Of a stretch of 64,000 nt of DNA, positions 61,808 to 64,000 are shown one piece after another. The DNA lies in assembly GCA_036560705.1 (NCBI GenBank), contig DATBQR010000018.1, forward strand, positions 446-64,445. Reading direction: 5' to 3'. Positions within the stretch are counted from its first letter, which is position 1. Each line of letters opens with the position of its first letter. The notes below the pieces were generated by a model, which was not told the DNA's origin, ran no database searches, and saw only the letters and a list, made by a program, of their open reading frames with translations. This DNA is from Burkholderiales bacterium. GTDB lineage: Bacteria; Pseudomonadota; Gammaproteobacteria; Burkholderiales; SG8-39. The position numbers and the translations under genes were made by a program.

Positions 61808-62857
61808 CTAGCCTTCCAGCGCGGCGATCTTGCGCTTCGCCTCCTCGATGAATACCCCGCGCGGAAACTGCTCGATGTACAGCTTCAGGTCCTCTGGATC
61901 GTCGCTGTCCTTGACCTCTTCCCAGAATTCCGTCTCGGCCTCGCTGCCTTCGCCGCCGGGCGCCGGCGCCGGCATGGCGAGCGGCTTGGCGAGAACCTCG
62001 TCGGGATCCTCGGGCGGCTTGCCGGCGAGGATCCGCTTGAGGGCATCCGCGAAATTGCGCGCGCTCTGGTAGCGCTGCTCGACGTCCTTGGCGAGGGCGC
62101 GCGCCATGACGCGGTCGAATTCGGGCGGCACCTGCACGATCGCGGAGGGCCAGACCGGATCGTCCTGGATGATCTGCGCCTGCAGCCCGAACTGATTCGC
62201 CGCGTCGAACGGCTTTTTCCCGGTGAGGAACTGGTAAAAAATGATGCCGGCCGAGAAGACGTCCGTGCGCCGGTCGAGCGTCTGCCCCTGGATCTGCTCC
62301 GGCGACATGTAGGACGGCGTGCCGACCATGGTGCCGACCCGAGTCGCCTCCGCCTGCGGCGCATCGGGATCGGCGACGCGCGCCACGCCGAAATCGGTGA
62401 GCTTGGCGTGGCCGTTCGCGTCGACCATCACGTTGGCCGGCTTGACGTCGCGGTGGATGATCCCCGCCTCGTGCGCGAACTCGAGCGCGTCGAGCAGCTC
62501 GAGCATGAGGCGGAAAATCGTCTTGAGGTCGAACGGCTCCTTGGCTTCGAAGCGGTCCTGCAACTCCTTGCCCTGGATGTATTCCATGACGATGTACGCG
62601 AGATCGCCATCAGTGCCGAAGTCGTACACCTGGACGATGTTGCGGTGGTTGAGCCGCGCTACGGCGCGCACCTCGCGCTCGAAGCGCACGGAAATCATGC
62701 GCGCGGCCTCCGGATCGAGCTTGCGGGTGAGGATGGTCTTGATCGCCACCCTGCGGCCCAGGTTGGGATCGAGCCCGTCGTACACTAGCCCCATCGCCCC
62801 CTTGCCGAGGACGCCCTGGATCTGGTAGCGGCCCAGCGATTTGAGCTCGTTTTCCAA
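61808..62857 (-). CDS. Hanks-type Ser/Thr protein kinase with C-terminal W..V..S.D...L..Y...FP.G.F motif
   Basis: Kinase motifs GKGAMGLVY, AIK, HRDVKPANVMV, DFG and SPE. No ATG is available, so the start is taken as TTG 62857, 4 nt after the upstream stop. The 127 upstream codons of the track ORF are shadow sequence of the upstream gene. Confidence 0.8.
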   Translation of the reverse strand: MENELKSLGRYQIQGVLGKGAMGLVYDGLDPNLGRRVAIKTILTRKLDPEAARMISVRFEREVRAVARLNHRNIVQVYDFGTDGDLAYIVMEYIQGKELQDRFEAKEPFDLKTIFRLMLELLDALEFAHEAGIIHRDVKPANVMVDANGHAKLTDFGVARVADPDAPQAEATRVGTMVGTPSYMSPEQIQGQTLDRRTDVFSAGIIFYQFLTGKKPFDAANQFGLQAQIIQDDPVWPSAIVQVPPEFDRVMARALAKDVEQRYQSARNFADALKRILAGKPPEDPDEVLAKPLAMPAPAPGGEGSEAETEFWEEVKDSDDPEDLKLYIEQFPRGVFIEEAKRKIAALEG

Positions 62858-62861
62858 TATT

Positions 62862-63293
62862 TCAGTCCGGCTTGTAACCCGGCTCGTCTTTCTTCTTGGT
62901 GTAGCTGAGTTTGCCGTCCTTGGGAGTGAACTCAAGAGCCTCCGGTTCCTTGGGCGGTTCGGCGGCTGCGGGCTGGGCCGGCGCCTGGGGGGCGGCGGCG
63001 GGCTTCTTCGGTGCAGGGGGAGCGGCCGCCACTTCCCTCGCAGCCTTGTCGAGGGCGGCGGCTTTCTTCGCCTCCTGGGACCGCGCGACGGCGGCCATGC
63101 TCTTGGCGTGGTCCTTCGCCGCGACGACGCATTCCTGGCACATGAACTTGCCGGTTCTCTGGCCGCCCTCCGTGAGCTGCGCGACCGCGTGCTCGACGCA
63201 CAGCGGCTGATCGCAGTTGAGACACTTGGCAACGGCGGCATGCCCGCAGGGCTTCTTGCGCAGGAGGCCGGTCTCGATGGTGCAGGTGGTCAT
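62862..63293 (-). CDS. Cys/His-rich putative zinc-finger (B-box-like) protein with Ala/Pro/Lys-rich tail
   Basis: 143 aa: MTTCTIETGLLRKKPCGHAAVAKCLNCDQPLCVEHAV...KFMCQECVV, followed by a low-complexity AAPPAPKKPAAAPQAPAQPAAAEPPKEPE tail. Confidence 0.6.
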   Translation of the reverse strand: MTTCTIETGLLRKKPCGHAAVAKCLNCDQPLCVEHAVAQLTEGGQRTGKFMCQECVVAAKDHAKSMAAVARSQEAKKAAALDKAAREVAAAPPAPKKPAAAPQAPAQPAAAEPPKEPEALEFTPKDGKLSYTKKKDEPGYKPD

Positions 63294-63411
63294 GCCTTAT
63301 CGTACCTGAGCCCGCCGAAGAAGTTCTTCCGCCGCGTGAGTCGCGCCGATCTTGATGCAAGAGACAAAAACGTGCCAAAGTTGGCACCGGAACAGCTACG
63401 CGGCGGAAATG

Positions 63412-63438
63412 AAAAAGGGGCTGCGATTTCGCAACCCC
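63412..63438 (-). terminator. Rho-independent terminator downstream of tRNA-Arg
   Basis: The minus strand reads GGGGTTGCG-aaat-CGCAGCCCC followed by TTTTTC. Confidence 0.65.
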
Positions 63439-63448
63439 TTCCTTTGTC

Positions 63449-63525
63449 TGGCGCGCCCGGAGCGATTCGAACGCCCGACCCCTTGGTTCGTAGCCAAGTA
63501 CTCTATCCATCTGAGCTACGGGCGC
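63449..63525 (-). tRNA. tRNA-Arg (anticodon ACG), CCA encoded
   Basis: The 77-nt minus-strand sequence GCGCCCGTAGCTCAGATGGATAGAGTACTTGGCTACGAACCAAGGGGTCGGGCGTTCGAATCGCTCCGGGCGCGCCA folds into a cloverleaf. It has a 7-bp acceptor stem, anticodon loop CTACGAA and T-loop TTCGAAT. Confidence 0.95.
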
Positions 63526-63534
63526 GAGGGACGC

Positions 63535-63543
63535 ATTATATCA
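63535..63543 (-). promoter_or_regulatory. Extended -10 promoter TGATATAAT for tRNA-Arg
   Basis: The minus strand reads ...tttGATATAATgcgtccctc, followed immediately by the tRNA 5' end. The spacing implies a near-leaderless precursor. Confidence 0.5.
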
Positions 63544-63561
63544 AACACTTAAGGAGGCCAG

Positions 63562-63846
63562 ATGAGCTTCGTGCTGCAGGTGAATATCCAGATCAAGCCG
63601 GAAAACGTCCGCAGCTTCATGGAGAAGGTGCTGGAGAACGCGGCGCACGCGCGGCAGGAGAAGGGTTGCGCCCAGTTCGAGGTGCTGGTGGACCCGAACG
63701 ACAAGACAAAAGTGATGCTCTACGAGGTCTACCGGGACGAGCCGGCGTTCGAAACGCACCAGCAGACGGCGCACTTCAAGAAGTACGTGGCGGAGGCGGT
63801 ACCGCTGCTCGCCTCGCGCGAGCGGCATTTCTGGCGGAAAGCCTAG
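63562..63846 (+). CDS. Antibiotic-biosynthesis-monooxygenase (ABM/YgiN-like) family protein
   Basis: 94 aa with RBS AAGGAGG and ...CAQFEVLVDPNDKTKVMLYEVYRDEPAFETHQQTAHFKKY. Confidence 0.75.
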   Translation: MSFVLQVNIQIKPENVRSFMEKVLENAAHARQEKGCAQFEVLVDPNDKTKVMLYEVYRDEPAFETHQQTAHFKKYVAEAVPLLASRERHFWRKA

Positions 63847-64000
63847 AACAGGAAAAAGCCGAGCGCGCCCCCCGCGGCGAGGATCCACAGCGGGTTCAGG
63901 CGGGTCGCGTAGAGCGCCGCGGCGCTCGCCCCGGCGATGCAGGCGTTTTTCCAGTCCACGCCGTGCGGCGTGGCGATGACGTAGCCGCCCGAGAGGATGA
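63843..64000 (-). CDS. C-terminal fragment of a membrane protein, possibly chromate-transporter (CHR) family (gene continues past the right edge)
   Basis: Reverse translation reads ...ILSGGYVIATPHGVDWKNACIAGASAAALYATRLNPLWILAAGGALGFFLF*. The C-terminal pattern resembles ChrA-like proteins, but only 52 codons are visible. Confidence 0.4.
   Translation of the reverse strand, partial: ILSGGYVIATPHGVDWKNACIAGASAAALYATRLNPLWILAAGGALGFFLF

Noticed and set aside
61808-63241. Reading the second kinase as a 477-aa protein starting at ATG 63241.
   Set aside because: The first ~127 codons are an off-frame read of the zinc-finger gene (Pro/Arg/Ser-rich, no motifs). Kinase subdomain I begins only about 10 residues after position 62857.
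63372-63387. Palindrome GTGCCAA-ag-TTGGCAC upstream of the zinc-finger/kinase operon. It contains TGGCAC, so I considered a sigma-54 promoter.
   Set aside because: On the relevant (minus) strand TGGCAC is followed by GTTTT-TGTC, not the required TTGC/GC at -12. I keep it only as an unexplained 7-bp inverted repeat and do not call it a promoter.

Overview
GC-rich bacterial chromosome segment. Strong GC3 codon bias produces many long shadow ORFs in non-coding frames. Gene content and synteny look betaproteobacterial (Burkholderiales/Rhodocyclales-like); that placement is inference only, since I could run no database search. I support about 65 protein genes, one tRNA, and several hairpins and operator-like repeats.

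Layout:
- 1-15.9 kb: conserved housekeeping block on the minus strand. It contains leuC (partial), a TetR-MFS pair, der-bamB-yfgM-hisS-ispG-rodZ-pilW-rlmN-ndk, tilS-accA, an AlkA-like glycosylase, an HNH nuclease and hup.
- 16-20.7 kb: acyl-CoA-synthetase-like gene plus a TRAP transporter operon.
- 20.7-35 kb: K+ homeostasis region. It holds kdpFABCDE preceded by an extra micro-ORF, with kdpB carrying one in-frame TAG. DUF3014, Pal-like and MarR genes follow, then two tandem kup paralogs.
- 35-41 kb: small catabolic cluster (class II aldolase, Tat-signal M19 dipeptidase, IlvD/Edd dehydratase, Bug binding protein, tam, SDR).
- 41-46 kb: cyclic-nucleotide signalling cluster (class III cyclase-TPR, CysK-like enzyme, Hanks kinase fused to a cNMP-binding domain, stand-alone PAS).
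- 47-59 kb: complete type II secretion system in two divergent operons (gspCDEF / gspGHIJKLMN).
- 59-63.5 kb: accessory block ending at the 3' end of tRNA-Arg(ACG). It holds two DUF3494/ice-binding-like lipoproteins, a frameshifted FkbM methyltransferase, and a Cys-rich zinc-finger protein translationally coupled to a second Hanks kinase.

I saw no rRNA, CRISPR array, transposase or integrase.

The most interesting candidates are the T2SS-linked DUF3494 lipoprotein pair, the zinc-finger/kinase operon, the cyclase/cNMP-kinase module, and a duplicated palindromic operator that brackets marR and precedes a promoter-hairpin-terminator unit with no ORF.

All family assignments rest on motifs I recognise in the translations. 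None were verified by search.
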